From: a virus
Lineage: Duplodnaviria > Caudoviricetes
DNA length: 28,017 nt
Direction: 5' to 3' (one strand)
IMG/VR virus record: IMGVR_UViG_3300020337_000013
Span: 1 to 28,017 of that record
Positions 16,819 to 26,253 of this stretch are shown piece after piece (the stretch's first letter is position 1; every line of letters begins with the position of its first letter). The translations under genes and the position numbers were made by a program. Under the pieces are notes generated by a model. That model was given only the letters and a program-made list of their open reading frames with translations. It was not told the DNA's origin and did no database searches.

Positions 16819-19800
16819 CTAGCTTGCGGTAGTGTCAAAAGTTAATCCATTAATTGTTAGTGTTGAGTCAAATTTAAACTCTGATGCATCAAAGGTAGTT
16901 GTTACATCTGCAATTTGGTCTGTACTAAAAGCAGTATCAAATCTTGCAAATGGTCCACCTAATGTATCATCAAATGTATAATTATCTTGTGAGAAGTCAA
17001 GCGGGTTAGTTATGCCCGCAATACCTTCATCAAATTTAAATGTTGTACTATCAAAAGTATGACCTATTTCAGAGAAATCTGTAAACTCAGTACCAAGAGT
17101 ATCTCTACCTGTTCCTGTACCTTCATCAAATGTATGTCTAATACTATCAAATGTAGTATAGTCCATATCAAATGCTTGATGTGCACCAGTCTTTCTAACT
17201 CTTATCTCACCTCTAGGTGGGACATTAATTCTTGTTGTAGTAGCACCATCTGCAAAACCATTGTTTGCAATCTCGTCAAAAGTTCGTGTAGTTGAATCAA
17301 ACTTCTCTTCGTCTGTGTCACTAAACCCGCCAGTTACTGATACATCACTAAATGTAAAATCTTTAAACTGGTCTATAGTATAATACGCATGAATGTTTTC
17401 ATCATCTTCTAAGAAACCCTCTTGCATAAATCCATATTTAGCTAAGTTAATTAAGAAAGGTGCACTAGCTTGTACAGTTGCATTAGTACCACCCATACTT
17501 ACAGTTACATCTGAACTTAGTGTTAACTCTCTTTTACCTGATGGTAATGTTGTACCCATTGATGCATTTTCTTCATATCCTATATTAGGTGAAGTATTTA
17601 ATGTTGTGCCATCTGTGGTTGTACCAAGTCTACGACCAAATACAGCTGTAAATATATTTGTAAATGTTGAAGCAAGTTCTGGAGTGAATGTTTCTGTATC
17701 ACCAATGTAACCAGAAATTTCTGAACCAGTAGGTATGGTAACACCACCATATATTCTTGTTGCACTAACGACTTGGCCAAATACTTGAAAACCAGCTGGG
17801 TGAGTTGCAGTTTTAATACTATCACGCCATTCATTTATTGATTCACCTATTTTAATTACATAAGAAAAATCTTGATAATAATAAGAATCTTGAATTCTCA
17901 TTTGGTCTTCAGAAACAAAACCTTTGTTGCCAATAAACTCACCAGTTGTATTACCTACTGAACCTGTATCTAAAACACCTTCTGCACTTAAACATTGAAC
18001 CACTGTTGCTGATGCATTTGCAGTTGATATTCTTTCACCCACACTAGGTGTATGAGTAGAATTTATTTTTACAATTTTTCTAGAGCTATCAAAACTAACC
18101 ACACTACCATCTGAAGATGTAAGACCCTCTAAAGATGTAAATGTTCCTACAACATCTTCTAACAATACATTCTTATTAAAACGAACTGAATCAACTTGTG
18201 TGTCTTCATCAAGAATACTATCACCTTCACCTTCGTTTTCAATTAATATATGATTGCCTGCAATTCTATCAGCAGATACTGTTCCATCTTCTAACACAAT
18301 ACGAATTGTTTCGTTACGATAATCAGCACCAAACTCTTTTATTCTAATAGCAGATATCGCACCAACACCAGATGTAGATTTTGCTGTTAAGTCTGCACCT
18401 GAACCACTTGTAAAGGTTTGTGCACTATTACCAGTTGTGGTAAAGTCAATTTCAAATTGTGATTCTTCATCTATTAAACTACCTTCACCATCTGTGGTTT
18501 CAATGGTAATGTCTCCACCTTCATTAACACCACCAGGACCAGATGAATTTAATACAATATTAAATTGTTCACTATCACTTTTAGTTGCTGCAAGTTTTAT
18601 AAAATCTTTTGTGAATCTTATTACAAAATAAGTTGTGCCACTAACCAATCCACCAATTGATGTACCACCACCATTATTGTAAACTAGTAAATCACCAGTC
18701 ACCAAACCGTGATTTAAAATTCTAATTGTGTTTTCATTTACTAATACATTACTTGTTGTAATTGTTCTTGTAATAGCTGAAACACTCAATACAGGTAATT
18801 TAGTATAACCATTACCTTGATTAGTAATTCTTATTCTAGTGATTTCACCTCGTTCTTGAGTTGGTAAAGTTGCTGGTTCTAATTCTGTAAAGTTTTCGTT
18901 TTCTAATAGTAGTGTATCAGGACATTCTGATTGTTCTAATTGTATAAGTTCATTGTTTAAAATATTTTCTTTTAATAAAAATTCACCTTCGTTAGCTGAT
19001 GAAGCATCAGTGCCGTCTAGTATTATATTGTCAATGGTTGGGTCTTGTTCAAGTTTTAATTCAAACAAGCTTGATTCTTCGCGAAGAATATTATGATTAC
19101 CTAATTCATCTTCTAGAATTAAATCATTTGCTATATCAACATCTGGTATTGATAATCTTTTATTTTGTTCTGTAAGTGTTTCTTCATCTTTTAAAACACC
19201 TAAAGTTATTCCATCAACATCTATTAAAGTTTTTAAGTTTGATAAAAATGTTCTTTTTCTTTTTTGAGGTACCACATTTTTATAGCCACCATCTGTTCCT
19301 TGAAGTCCAGAGGCATTAGCCCAAGATGTCCATATGTTTGAGAAAGGTTCAATGGGATAATAATCTTCATCTTGGTCAATCATTAATCTACCATTTTCTA
19401 ATTCATCTTCTAATATAATATCTTGACCCTCATCTGCTCTTGCAGAATTTGTACCATCTAATTTTAAAGTGTTTCTACTAAAGTCAAAGACTCTTGTTTC
19501 TACAATAATATTTTCACCAGCATTTGCACCACTACCATCAGTTCCATCTAACACAATATGAATATCATCAACAGTTGCATTTTCTAATTCAATATTACCT
19601 GGAGAGTTTACGATTATTTTATCATCATCATTGAATCTAAGAAGTTCAGGAGCTGTTGCGTGTTCTAATTCTATTGACCCACCTGCAACATCTATCTCTG
19701 CAGTAAAGTCTTTACCATTTGTATCATCATTATTAATTGTAATTGAAGTGCCAGATGTATAACCTGTACCACCAGCATCAATTATCACTTCATCAACTTC

Positions 19801-20868
19801 ACCTTCAGAAGTTTTAAATACTTCCATATCACCAAAATTATTACCACCGATAACATTTATGTTATCACCTGTTTCATAATATTGTCCAGTTGATAATAAA
19901 GTAACACCTGTTAATATTTCTTTTACAACACCATTAATAGATACATCATCAATAATATCTGTAGTGGAAACAGTTTCACCTACTAAAAAGTCACCAGTTA
20001 AAGAACCCTCTGCCATAGATAATTGTGCGTATGATTCACCACCTTCTTGAAAGTTTGTAACAGTTGTAATTCTACCAGTAATACCTGAAGTTGCACCTGT
20101 AAGAACTTGGTTTGCCGCATTACTAAAATTTACATTTCCTGATGATGTAACTCTGACTATTGGTTCAGTATTCCAAGAACCATCAGATGGTCTTAATAAA
20201 TTATCTCTAGGAAATATAACTTCTATCTCTTCATCAAATAACATTCTAAAGAATAATTTGTGACCGTCAACTGTACCTTTCTTAGTGTAAAGTTCTTTAA
20301 TATTTTTAATTAATTTTCTTTTAGATAATCCTGTTGCTAATGTATTAGGTATGCCTTCTAAAAATGAATCTCTAAATTTATCTAAAAAATCATATATTGT
20401 ATGGTCAACATCAGCATAATCTAAAAACTGTTGTATGTTCTGTACTGGATTTGCTCTATAAGAAACAACAGTTGCAACAGAACCAGAAGTTACACCTCTG
20501 ACACTTTCACCTGTAATAAATTGTTGTTGTGAGGTAATGTATAATGTTTTATTACTATCAAAATCATCTACAAGTATTGTTGCAGTTGCACCAGATGTAA
20601 GACCTGTGATTGTTTCACCAACTACAAATTTTGCAAGTGAATCTTCTAATACAACTTTTTCACCATCAACTTCACTACTAATATAATTTACAGAAGCTGT
20701 TTCTTGAATCACATAATTTATTGTACCACTTAAAACAAGTTGACCTGATTCTAGAAAACGATAATAATCTTTTAGAAATTTAACAAACTTTGGATGGTCT
20801 GCTCTTACAAACTCTGGTAAAAATTCCTGAAGAATAGGAGATAATTTTTTCTCAAATATATTTGACAT
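16819..20868 (-). CDS. gp7: Baseplate wedge initiator gp7-like protein (1349 aa)
   Basis: LPEFVR.DHP.FV.FLK.YY.FLE, LIKNIKELY.KKGT...K.FFR.LF.EE..V.FP...LL.PSDG.W N-terminus and RIQDSYYYQDFSYVIK...W...IK...HPAGF.VFG C-terminal signature; follows gp6. Confidence 0.85.
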   Translation of the reverse strand: MSNIFEKKLSPILQEFLPEFVRADHPKFVKFLKDYYRFLESGQLVLSGTINYVIQETASVNYISSEVDGEKVVLEDSLAKFVVGETITGLTSGATATILVDDFDSNKTLYITSQQQFITGESVRGVTSGSVATVVSYRANPVQNIQQFLDYADVDHTIYDFLDKFRDSFLEGIPNTLATGLSKRKLIKNIKELYTKKGTVDGHKLFFRMLFDEEIEVIFPRDNLLRPSDGSWNTEPIVRVTSSGNVNFSNAANQVLTGATSGITGRITTVTNFQEGGESYAQLSMAEGSLTGDFLVGETVSTTDIIDDVSINGVVKEILTGVTLLSTGQYYETGDNINVIGGNNFGDMEVFKTSEGEVDEVIIDAGGTGYTSGTSITINNDDTNGKDFTAEIDVAGGSIELEHATAPELLRFNDDDKIIVNSPGNIELENATVDDIHIVLDGTDGSGANAGENIIVETRVFDFSRNTLKLDGTNSARADEGQDIILEDELENGRLMIDQDEDYYPIEPFSNIWTSWANASGLQGTDGGYKNVVPQKRKRTFLSNLKTLIDVDGITLGVLKDEETLTEQNKRLSIPDVDIANDLILEDELGNHNILREESSLFELKLEQDPTIDNIILDGTDASSANEGEFLLKENILNNELIQLEQSECPDTLLLENENFTELEPATLPTQERGEITRIRITNQGNGYTKLPVLSVSAITRTITTSNVLVNENTIRILNHGLVTGDLLVYNNGGGTSIGGLVSGTTYFVIRFTKDFIKLAATKSDSEQFNIVLNSSGPGGVNEGGDITIETTDGEGSLIDEESQFEIDFTTTGNSAQTFTSGSGADLTAKSTSGVGAISAIRIKEFGADYRNETIRIVLEDGTVSADRIAGNHILIENEGEGDSILDEDTQVDSVRFNKNVLLEDVVGTFTSLEGLTSSDGSVVSFDSSRKIVKINSTHTPSVGERISTANASATVVQCLSAEGVLDTGSVGNTTGEFIGNKGFVSEDQMRIQDSYYYQDFSYVIKIGESINEWRDSIKTATHPAGFQVFGQVVSATRIYGGVTIPTGSEISGYIGDTETFTPELASTFTNIFTAVFGRRLGTTTDGTTLNTSPNIGYEENASMGTTLPSGKRELTLSSDVTVSMGGTNATVQASAPFLINLAKYGFMQEGFLEDDENIHAYYTIDQFKDFTFSDVSVTGGFSDTDEEKFDSTTRTFDEIANNGFADGATTTRINVPPRGEIRVRKTGAHQAFDMDYTTFDSIRHTFDEGTGTGRDTLGTEFTDFSEIGHTFDSTTFKFDEGIAGITNPLDFSQDNYTFDDTLGGPFARFDTAFSTDQIADVTTTFDASEFKFDSTLTINGLTFDTTAS

Positions 20869-22766
20869 TAGTAACCACTACTACTACTTGCACCTGTTGT
20901 GATGTATCTAGAAGAAGTACTTGCAGTAGTTACAGCTGAAGATGTTGTTGTTGCTGCTGAACCTGAACTGGATACTGTTGTGTCAACTTTAGAACCTATG
21001 GTAGAATTGTTTATGTCAATTTCTAAAATTGTATTTCTTAAAGGAATAATATCTGAAGACCTAGGTACTGCAACAACTCTTACAACTGAAGACTCAGAAT
21101 CATCAACATTAGAAATAGAATTTATTTTTACTGAGGGTATTGTAATTAAACCTAAATCATAATTAACTGTACCAAAGTTTAAATCAACATAGGTTCTTGT
21201 GGTACCTACTAAATAATATGTCCTTAATGCACCATCAGCATCATCTAAAAATAATTCATTAGTGTTACCATCTATTTTAAATCCTGTTGATGATATAACT
21301 GATTCGTGGCCACCGTGAGGATAATAGATAGCATTTGCAAAATTGATTTCATACTTTGTTGTTTCACCTAATGTTGGTGTAAAATTTTTAGCCATTTGAA
21401 CTGTTGTAATATTTGATATTATAGATTGGTCTGTGTTATCAATCAAAGTTAATAATTCTGAATATCTAAAGTTACTGTTAAATTGTTTTAAATTATTATT
21501 GTTATAATCATTTATTGTAGTGTTAACTAACGCCTCTAAATCTGCTGCACTACTATTTGTAATTGTTGAATTATAATCAAAGTTAACTGTAAGACGAATA
21601 AAAATAGTTTCAGGATTTGTAATCTCTGTTCTAATAGAACCAACATTATATTGTTTTAATGATTCATTAATGTTTGCCTTTTGAGAATTAGTCAAATCGT
21701 TTCTATCTTTTGTAAGTATAGAAATAAAAACTTTACCATAAGTCGGTGGGTCATTATCTTCACCACCCCATACTTGAACTGACTCTGCATCAGGAAAGAC
21801 ATTTGGTACAAAAACTTTATAATCATTTACTGTTACTGCACGACCTTGACTTGCATAATCTAAAGGTGCTTTAAATTTAATACTTTCTATACTTTCTTTT
21901 TCAGAACCACCTTTGGCACTATCAACAGTTAATATTGAATTATCACTAGAACCACTAATTGATGCTGGTGGTGTAAATACAGAGGCACCATTACCTTCGG
22001 TTCTATTAGTAACAATATATTCTAATATTACAATGTTACTATCTGTTAATGATTTACCTAATACACCATCACCAAAGTAAACCTCATATTGTCCATTATC
22101 AACTTCTTGTAAAAAGTAAACATTACTTGTACCAGTAACTTGAGTTATATCTTCGTTTAATGTATATACTGTTGTTGTAGCATCAGTGCTAGAATTTTGT
22201 ACTGTAACTTTTAATGTTGTAGTATCTACATCACTTGACGGTATGATATATTTTTGGTCTATGTTTGTGGTATCAACTGTGTACCTTGTAGTAATTAAAT
22301 CGCCTTCATATAAATCTACATTAGTAAAAGTTAAAACATTACTTACTCTTGATTGAGTTAAATCTGATATTGTAAAGAAATTATAATTTTGATTATCTAT
22401 TGTAGTAGTAAATTTTGTACCTCGAGGTATCGTGGCAGTTGTGACAGAAGTATCGTTAATCGTAATATCCACAACAGCTACAGGTGAACGAGCACTTCTT
22501 GGTAAGTATCCTAAACTTTTTGCATGTGAAACAACTGATGACCTTAAACTTGCACTATCTATAAACATTTCGTTAGCAGCTAAGTTTACATTCATAGCAC
22601 TATAGTGTGTATTATATGCTAGAACATCTAAAAGAATATTCATACCTGAACCTTCAAAGTCATAGTCTGTAAATTCGTTTTGATTTTTTAGGAATGTTTT
22701 TAGATTTTCTTTGATACCATCAAAGTCTAATTCTGAAACTGAAATTCTTTTGTCGTTTGTTGCCAT
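20868..22766 (-). CDS. gp6: Baseplate wedge subunit gp6 (632 aa)
   Basis: ELDFD.IK.NLK.FL..Q.EFTDYDFEGSGM.ILLDVLAYNTHY, ESI.SIKF.AP..YASQ.RAVT..DY, VWGGEDNDPP.YGKVFISI. Confidence 0.95.
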   Translation of the reverse strand: MATNDKRISVSELDFDGIKENLKTFLKNQNEFTDYDFEGSGMNILLDVLAYNTHYSAMNVNLAANEMFIDSASLRSSVVSHAKSLGYLPRSARSPVAVVDITINDTSVTTATIPRGTKFTTTIDNQNYNFFTISDLTQSRVSNVLTFTNVDLYEGDLITTRYTVDTTNIDQKYIIPSSDVDTTTLKVTVQNSSTDATTTVYTLNEDITQVTGTSNVYFLQEVDNGQYEVYFGDGVLGKSLTDSNIVILEYIVTNRTEGNGASVFTPPASISGSSDNSILTVDSAKGGSEKESIESIKFKAPLDYASQGRAVTVNDYKVFVPNVFPDAESVQVWGGEDNDPPTYGKVFISILTKDRNDLTNSQKANINESLKQYNVGSIRTEITNPETIFIRLTVNFDYNSTITNSSAADLEALVNTTINDYNNNNLKQFNSNFRYSELLTLIDNTDQSIISNITTVQMAKNFTPTLGETTKYEINFANAIYYPHGGHESVISSTGFKIDGNTNELFLDDADGALRTYYLVGTTRTYVDLNFGTVNYDLGLITIPSVKINSISNVDDSESSVVRVVAVPRSSDIIPLRNTILEIDINNSTIGSKVDTTVSSSGSAATTTSSAVTTASTSSRYITTGASSSSGY

Positions 22767-23206
22767 TACCTTACTCTTTCTAATAATACATCTAGTGTTA
22801 CTAGCTCTCCTGGACTATTGACAACAAAAAATTCAATACGAACATCATAAGCATTTCTGTCTATATTAGGGATTGCTTTTATATTACTCAACTCTACCCT
22901 TGACTCATAAGTTTTAATTACAGTTTCAATATTTCTAGATAATAGTGCTGCTGTAATTGGTGATAAGTTTTCAAACAATGTTGCTCTTATGTTTGATCCT
23001 ATCTCAGGATGAAAAGGTTTTTCATAATGATTTAATTGTACAAGGTTTCTTACACTTCTTTTTATAGCCTCTATGTCTGTAAGTTTGCTAACATCATTCG
23101 TTACAAGATTAGGTGCAAAGTTTAAATTTAAATCTTTGAATATACGAACACTTCGTTTCTCATTCGTAATACTGGCATCGTAGTTAACACTTCCTTTAGT
23201 AGGCAT
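22766..23206 (-). CDS. gp25: Baseplate wedge protein gp25 (146 aa)
   Basis: FKDLNL.F..N..T.D...L.D.EAIKRSVRNLV.....EKPF.PEIGS.I...LFE...YE.RV, directly upstream of gp6. Confidence 0.93.
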   Translation of the reverse strand: MPTKGSVNYDASITNEKRSVRIFKDLNLNFAPNLVTNDVSKLTDIEAIKRSVRNLVQLNHYEKPFHPEIGSNIRATLFENLSPITAALLSRNIETVIKTYESRVELSNIKAIPNIDRNAYDVRIEFFVVNSPGELVTLDVLLERVR

Positions 23207-23222
23207 AAAAATCTCCTATACT

Positions 23223-23230
23223 TATTTATA
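23223..23230 (-). promoter_or_regulatory. T4-type late promoter TATAAATA
   Basis: Perfect consensus in intergenic gap, followed by AGGAG (23213..23217) and gp25 ATG at 23206. Confidence 0.8.
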
Positions 23231-23238
23231 GTGTTATG

Positions 23239-23529
23239 CTAACCACCTGCAAAAACATTCTCACTTCCTTGTGCAACAGAAGTACAAGATGAAATACCAT
23301 CACCTATTCTTCCACAACCTTTGTTGTTTACAAAAACTGTAGTTGAACCCACGGCAATAGGTCGTGAATGTGCAGGACAAGGCAATCCTGGTAATACATG
23401 CACTGTATTATTATCACCTTGTCTTGATACACCTATACCATTTACAAAAACATTATCTGAACCTTGTAGTCTATTTGGTCGTGAACAATGTACAACATCT
23501 GCATCACCTATTCGTGTTACTGCTGGCAT
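23239..23529 (-). CDS. PAAR-domain spike tip protein (gp5.4-like, 96 aa)
   Basis: MPAVTRIGD..V.HC, GS.NVFVNG..V.RQGD...H, H...I..GS.TVFVN....GRIGD...C...GS.NVF.G repeats; near gp5. Confidence 0.9.
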   Translation of the reverse strand: MPAVTRIGDADVVHCSRPNRLQGSDNVFVNGIGVSRQGDNNTVHVLPGLPCPAHSRPIAVGSTTVFVNNKGCGRIGDGISSCTSVAQGSENVFAGG

Positions 23530-23735
23530 TACTCTTCCTCCCTCATCATTAACTCTTGAAGCTTATCGTTAAATGTTTCTATATATTTATGGTCTTCTTC
23601 ACTATGTGGTGAAGGTGGTGCTTCAGGTTCAAATGATATCATATTTTCAAATGAATCTGGTATATCATTCCAGTTGGTATAAGTGACAACTTTACCACCA
23701 ACTAAAACTTTATATGTTCCATCACCCTTGGCCAC
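23529..23735 (-). CDS. Conserved hypothetical protein (68 aa, GTG start)
   Basis: Y....DIP..F...I.F.P..PP.PH.EE.H..IE pattern; translationally coupled to PAAR gene. Confidence 0.75.
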   Translation of the reverse strand: MAKGDGTYKVLVGGKVVTYTNWNDIPDSFENMISFEPEAPPSPHSEEDHKYIETFNDKLQELMMREEE

Positions 23736-23859
23736 GATACTTTTTAAAACTCCGTCTTTTACTTTTATTCATTGTAGAAGTTTTAACTTTACCTCTACCT
23801 ATTGATGTTCTTTTGAATGTCGGTTCGTAAACAGACATTGTATTCATTTTTTTAGCCAT
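23722..23859 (-). CDS. Small basic protein ending KKYRGQG (45 aa), not in ORF track
   Basis: Manual translation MAKKMNTMSVYEPTFKRTSIGRGKVKTSTMNKSKRRSFKKYRGQG*; fills the gap after gp5; the K.YRGQG terminus is typical of a small marine phage family. Confidence 0.85.
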   Translation of the reverse strand: MAKKMNTMSVYEPTFKRTSIGRGKVKTSTMNKSKRRSFKKYRGQG

Positions 23860-23862
23860 TGT

Positions 23863-24936
23863 CTAATCCTTATTTAAATCAATTCTTGTACCTTCAATAC
23901 TTATGTTACCACCAGCTTTCGTGTCTTGGTCACCACCATAATCTTCAGATACATCACCACTAACAGAAGATGATTGAGATTTCTTAATTGTTTCTGAATG
24001 ACTGCCGTCAATCGTTTCTGTATGATTACCTTTAATCACCTCTGTAAGATTACCATCTACTTGTATATCCCAATTACCCTTTACATAGGTTCTACAGTTA
24101 GAGTCAATCGTTAAATTACAATCACCTTTTACATTTACAAATTCTGAACCAGCAACTACTTCATAATTACTTCCTACAATTCTTGTTGTTTTATTTCCGT
24201 CTGCATCTATTTCGTAGAATGTACCTGTTCTATGATATTCCATAACTCGTTCTGCAAACGGCGTATCATCATATTCTTTTATGTGACCTGACTCTGATTC
24301 TTTCGTGTGATTATAAGGATACTCTGAACCTACTCTTTTCTTTTCTTCTCGTTCTTCATTTGTTTCTGTTGAGATACCTCGTTCTTCTGTTTTACCTCTA
24401 CCAGTTTCATCAGTTGTTTTTTGTTCATCCCAAGTTGTGTCTGTATTGGCCAATGGAATTTTAAGAGTTGCAGCTTCATCTCTTGCTTCTCTATTGCCGT
24501 GTGTCGTGCTTGGTACACCTAATCTATTTACATCAGATTCACTTGTACGAACAGGATAAGGACCAAAGTCTTCTCTTAACTCTGGGTCATTGAAACCTTT
24601 TTCTTTATTATTTTTTTGTGATGGTTTACCAGGAAGAGTTCCTAGTATAATTGGTTCTTGTAAATGTTGTGCATCACGAAAGAATCCTACAACCCAACAT
24701 CCTGGTACTAACCAAGATGGTGTATCACCAATACCATTCATACTTGGTGTTGTCGTTGGTGACATTACCAACGCCCAAGGTAAACTCTCTGTAGGGATTT
24801 TAGTTTTATCTTCGGTATGATAGCCAAGTGCACGAACTCGCACACGGCCTAATCGGTGTGGGTCATCTCTATCTTCAACGACACCTACAAACCAAGAGAA
24901 ACCATCTTGCCCCATAAAATAAGAATAATTTTTCAT
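23863..24936 (-). CDS. gp5: Baseplate hub/central spike gp5 without lysozyme domain (357 aa)
   Basis: WFVGVVEDR.DP.RLGRVRVR..G.H...LPWA...VVGFF.D....Q.P.ILGT OB-fold, YPYNH..ESESGH..EYDDTP..ER....HR.GTF.EI, and 8-residue V.G beta-helix repeats. Confidence 0.92.
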   Translation of the reverse strand: MKNYSYFMGQDGFSWFVGVVEDRDDPHRLGRVRVRALGYHTEDKTKIPTESLPWALVMSPTTTPSMNGIGDTPSWLVPGCWVVGFFRDAQHLQEPIILGTLPGKPSQKNNKEKGFNDPELREDFGPYPVRTSESDVNRLGVPSTTHGNREARDEAATLKIPLANTDTTWDEQKTTDETGRGKTEERGISTETNEEREEKKRVGSEYPYNHTKESESGHIKEYDDTPFAERVMEYHRTGTFYEIDADGNKTTRIVGSNYEVVAGSEFVNVKGDCNLTIDSNCRTYVKGNWDIQVDGNLTEVIKGNHTETIDGSHSETIKKSQSSSVSGDVSEDYGGDQDTKAGGNISIEGTRIDLNKD

Positions 24937-24941
24937 ACTCT

Positions 24942-24949
24942 TATTTATT
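24942..24949 (-). promoter_or_regulatory. Putative late promoter variant (AATAAATA) upstream of gp5
   Basis: 7/8 match, 5 nt before the gp5 ATG, at the boundary between small genes and the structural module. Confidence 0.5.
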
Positions 24950-25142
24950 CACACATCAATCGTATCTCTTCGCGTTCTCTAAATTCTTGTTTGAGAACTT
25001 TCTTTCTTTTTTTTGTAAGTTTGATAACTTGTTCCCACCAGTAAGCACGAATGTCTTTTTTGGTATCGTCATCTTGATACTTACGAATCATAGAGCCACA
25101 ATCATTGATTGCTTCTCTTAACATATCACTTTCTAATCTCAT
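24945..25142 (-). CDS. Hypothetical protein (65 aa)
   Basis: ORF with ATGA overlap to thyX; charged helical composition. Confidence 0.65.
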   Translation of the reverse strand: MRLESDMLREAINDCGSMIRKYQDDDTKKDIRAYWWEQVIKLTKKRKKVLKQEFREREEIRLMCE

Positions 25143-25792
25143 TTCTCTACTATATCATCAAAGTTTGTTTTTGTCAAGTATTTCCAAGAAATAGGAAATG
25201 CATCTTGACAATGAATATCTATTTGTTTAGCTATCTCTTGTGTTTCTTTTTGTGCATGATCATCTAATCGTAAACCACATACTCTTGCAAATGCAAAAAG
25301 TGTGCCTGACCATATCCAATTAGTATACATTGTTTGTGGTAACACAGCACGAGCTTGTTCAGGTGCAACATTATGTGATAACAATGTATTGTAAAGATTT
25401 ACACTTTTCTTTAAATGTTCTGATACTTCTAATTGTAATTCAGATGGTATGAGTATTTGTTCACCACTACCTTGTTTACTGTTTTGAGGTTTCTCTCGCC
25501 ACTTACGAATGAAATAAAGTTCTGGGTCATCAGAAATGTATCTACGACTTTCTTCATTCCATACTAATCCTATTTGATGCTTGACTAGTTGTCGTGCAAC
25601 AAACACTGGTGCCTTTATGCGAAAAGAAAGGAAAGTGTGAGCGAAAGGCGACCAGTGATTGTGTTCTGCTAGATAACGAATAAGTCGTTTATCTGATTCT
25701 TCAAATTCTGTTTTTTCTTTTGCATAGGAAACTCTAGCTGCATTGACAACAGATAGGTCGTCTCCCATTTTATCTATTAATTCTACCTTCAT
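25139..25792 (-). CDS. thyX: Flavin-dependent thymidylate synthase ThyX (217 aa)
   Basis: VVNAARVS, H.HWSPF.H, AP.FVARQLVKHQ.GL.WNE.SRRY, APEQAR.VLPQ.M.T, LR....AQ.E motifs. Confidence 0.95.
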   Translation of the reverse strand: MKVELIDKMGDDLSVVNAARVSYAKEKTEFEESDKRLIRYLAEHNHWSPFAHTFLSFRIKAPVFVARQLVKHQIGLVWNEESRRYISDDPELYFIRKWREKPQNSKQGSGEQILIPSELQLEVSEHLKKSVNLYNTLLSHNVAPEQARAVLPQTMYTNWIWSGTLFAFARVCGLRLDDHAQKETQEIAKQIDIHCQDAFPISWKYLTKTNFDDIVEK

Positions 25793-25916
25793 TTCTATCT
25801 AACTTATAAACCTGTAAGTAATACCAAAAACATCTTGGATACAAATAAGGACTAGGAACAGGACTTGAGAAATGCTGTTTCATTGTATTCCATATTTTAT
25901 CTATGTCGTAATCCAT
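25770..25916 (-). CDS. Hypothetical protein (48 aa), not in ORF track
   Basis: MDYDIDKIWNTMKQHFSSPVPSPYLYPRCFWYYLQVYKLDRNEGRINR*; fills the gap between neighbours with short overlaps. Confidence 0.6.
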   Translation of the reverse strand: MDYDIDKIWNTMKQHFSSPVPSPYLYPRCFWYYLQVYKLDRNEGRINR

Positions 25917-26122
25917 TCTTGTACCTCAATACAATTACATATTTTACTTTTAGCTCTTTCTAATGACCTTTCCATCAGAACAGCTGTACCTATGTTTCCT
26001 TCTATGAAAAAACGAATACCATCTTCGTTACCTCTCATATCACAAACTTCAGGAACTATAAACTCAACTTTATATTCCTGTAGTTTAGGAAACTTAATTA
26101 TCTTGTTTGTTGTCTTGGACAT
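25901..26122 (-). CDS. Hypothetical protein (likely start MSKTTNK at 26122)
   Basis: ORF track 25901..26134; NKIIKFP N-terminal motif common in small phage proteins. Confidence 0.6.
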   Translation of the reverse strand: MSKTTNKIIKFPKLQEYKVEFIVPEVCDMRGNEDGIRFFIEGNIGTAVLMERSLERAKSKICNCIEVQEWITT

Positions 26123-26252
26123 CTTTATATGCATCCATTACATCAGTTGCAAATGTTTCTGCACTATTGAAATATTGACCCACTTCATTTTCAATGGGAT
26201 ACTTCCAACACAGATACAAAGCAAATATCACACCTATAATAAATTTCATCAT
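26094..26252 (-). CDS. Small protein with N-terminal hydrophobic segment (52 aa), not in ORF track
   Basis: MMKFIIGVIFALYLCWKYPIENEVGQYFNSAETFATDVMDAYKDVQDNKQDN*; AAGGAGGT RBS upstream. Confidence 0.65.
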   Translation of the reverse strand: MMKFIIGVIFALYLCWKYPIENEVGQYFNSAETFATDVMDAYKDVQDNKQDN

Positions 26253-26253
26253 A

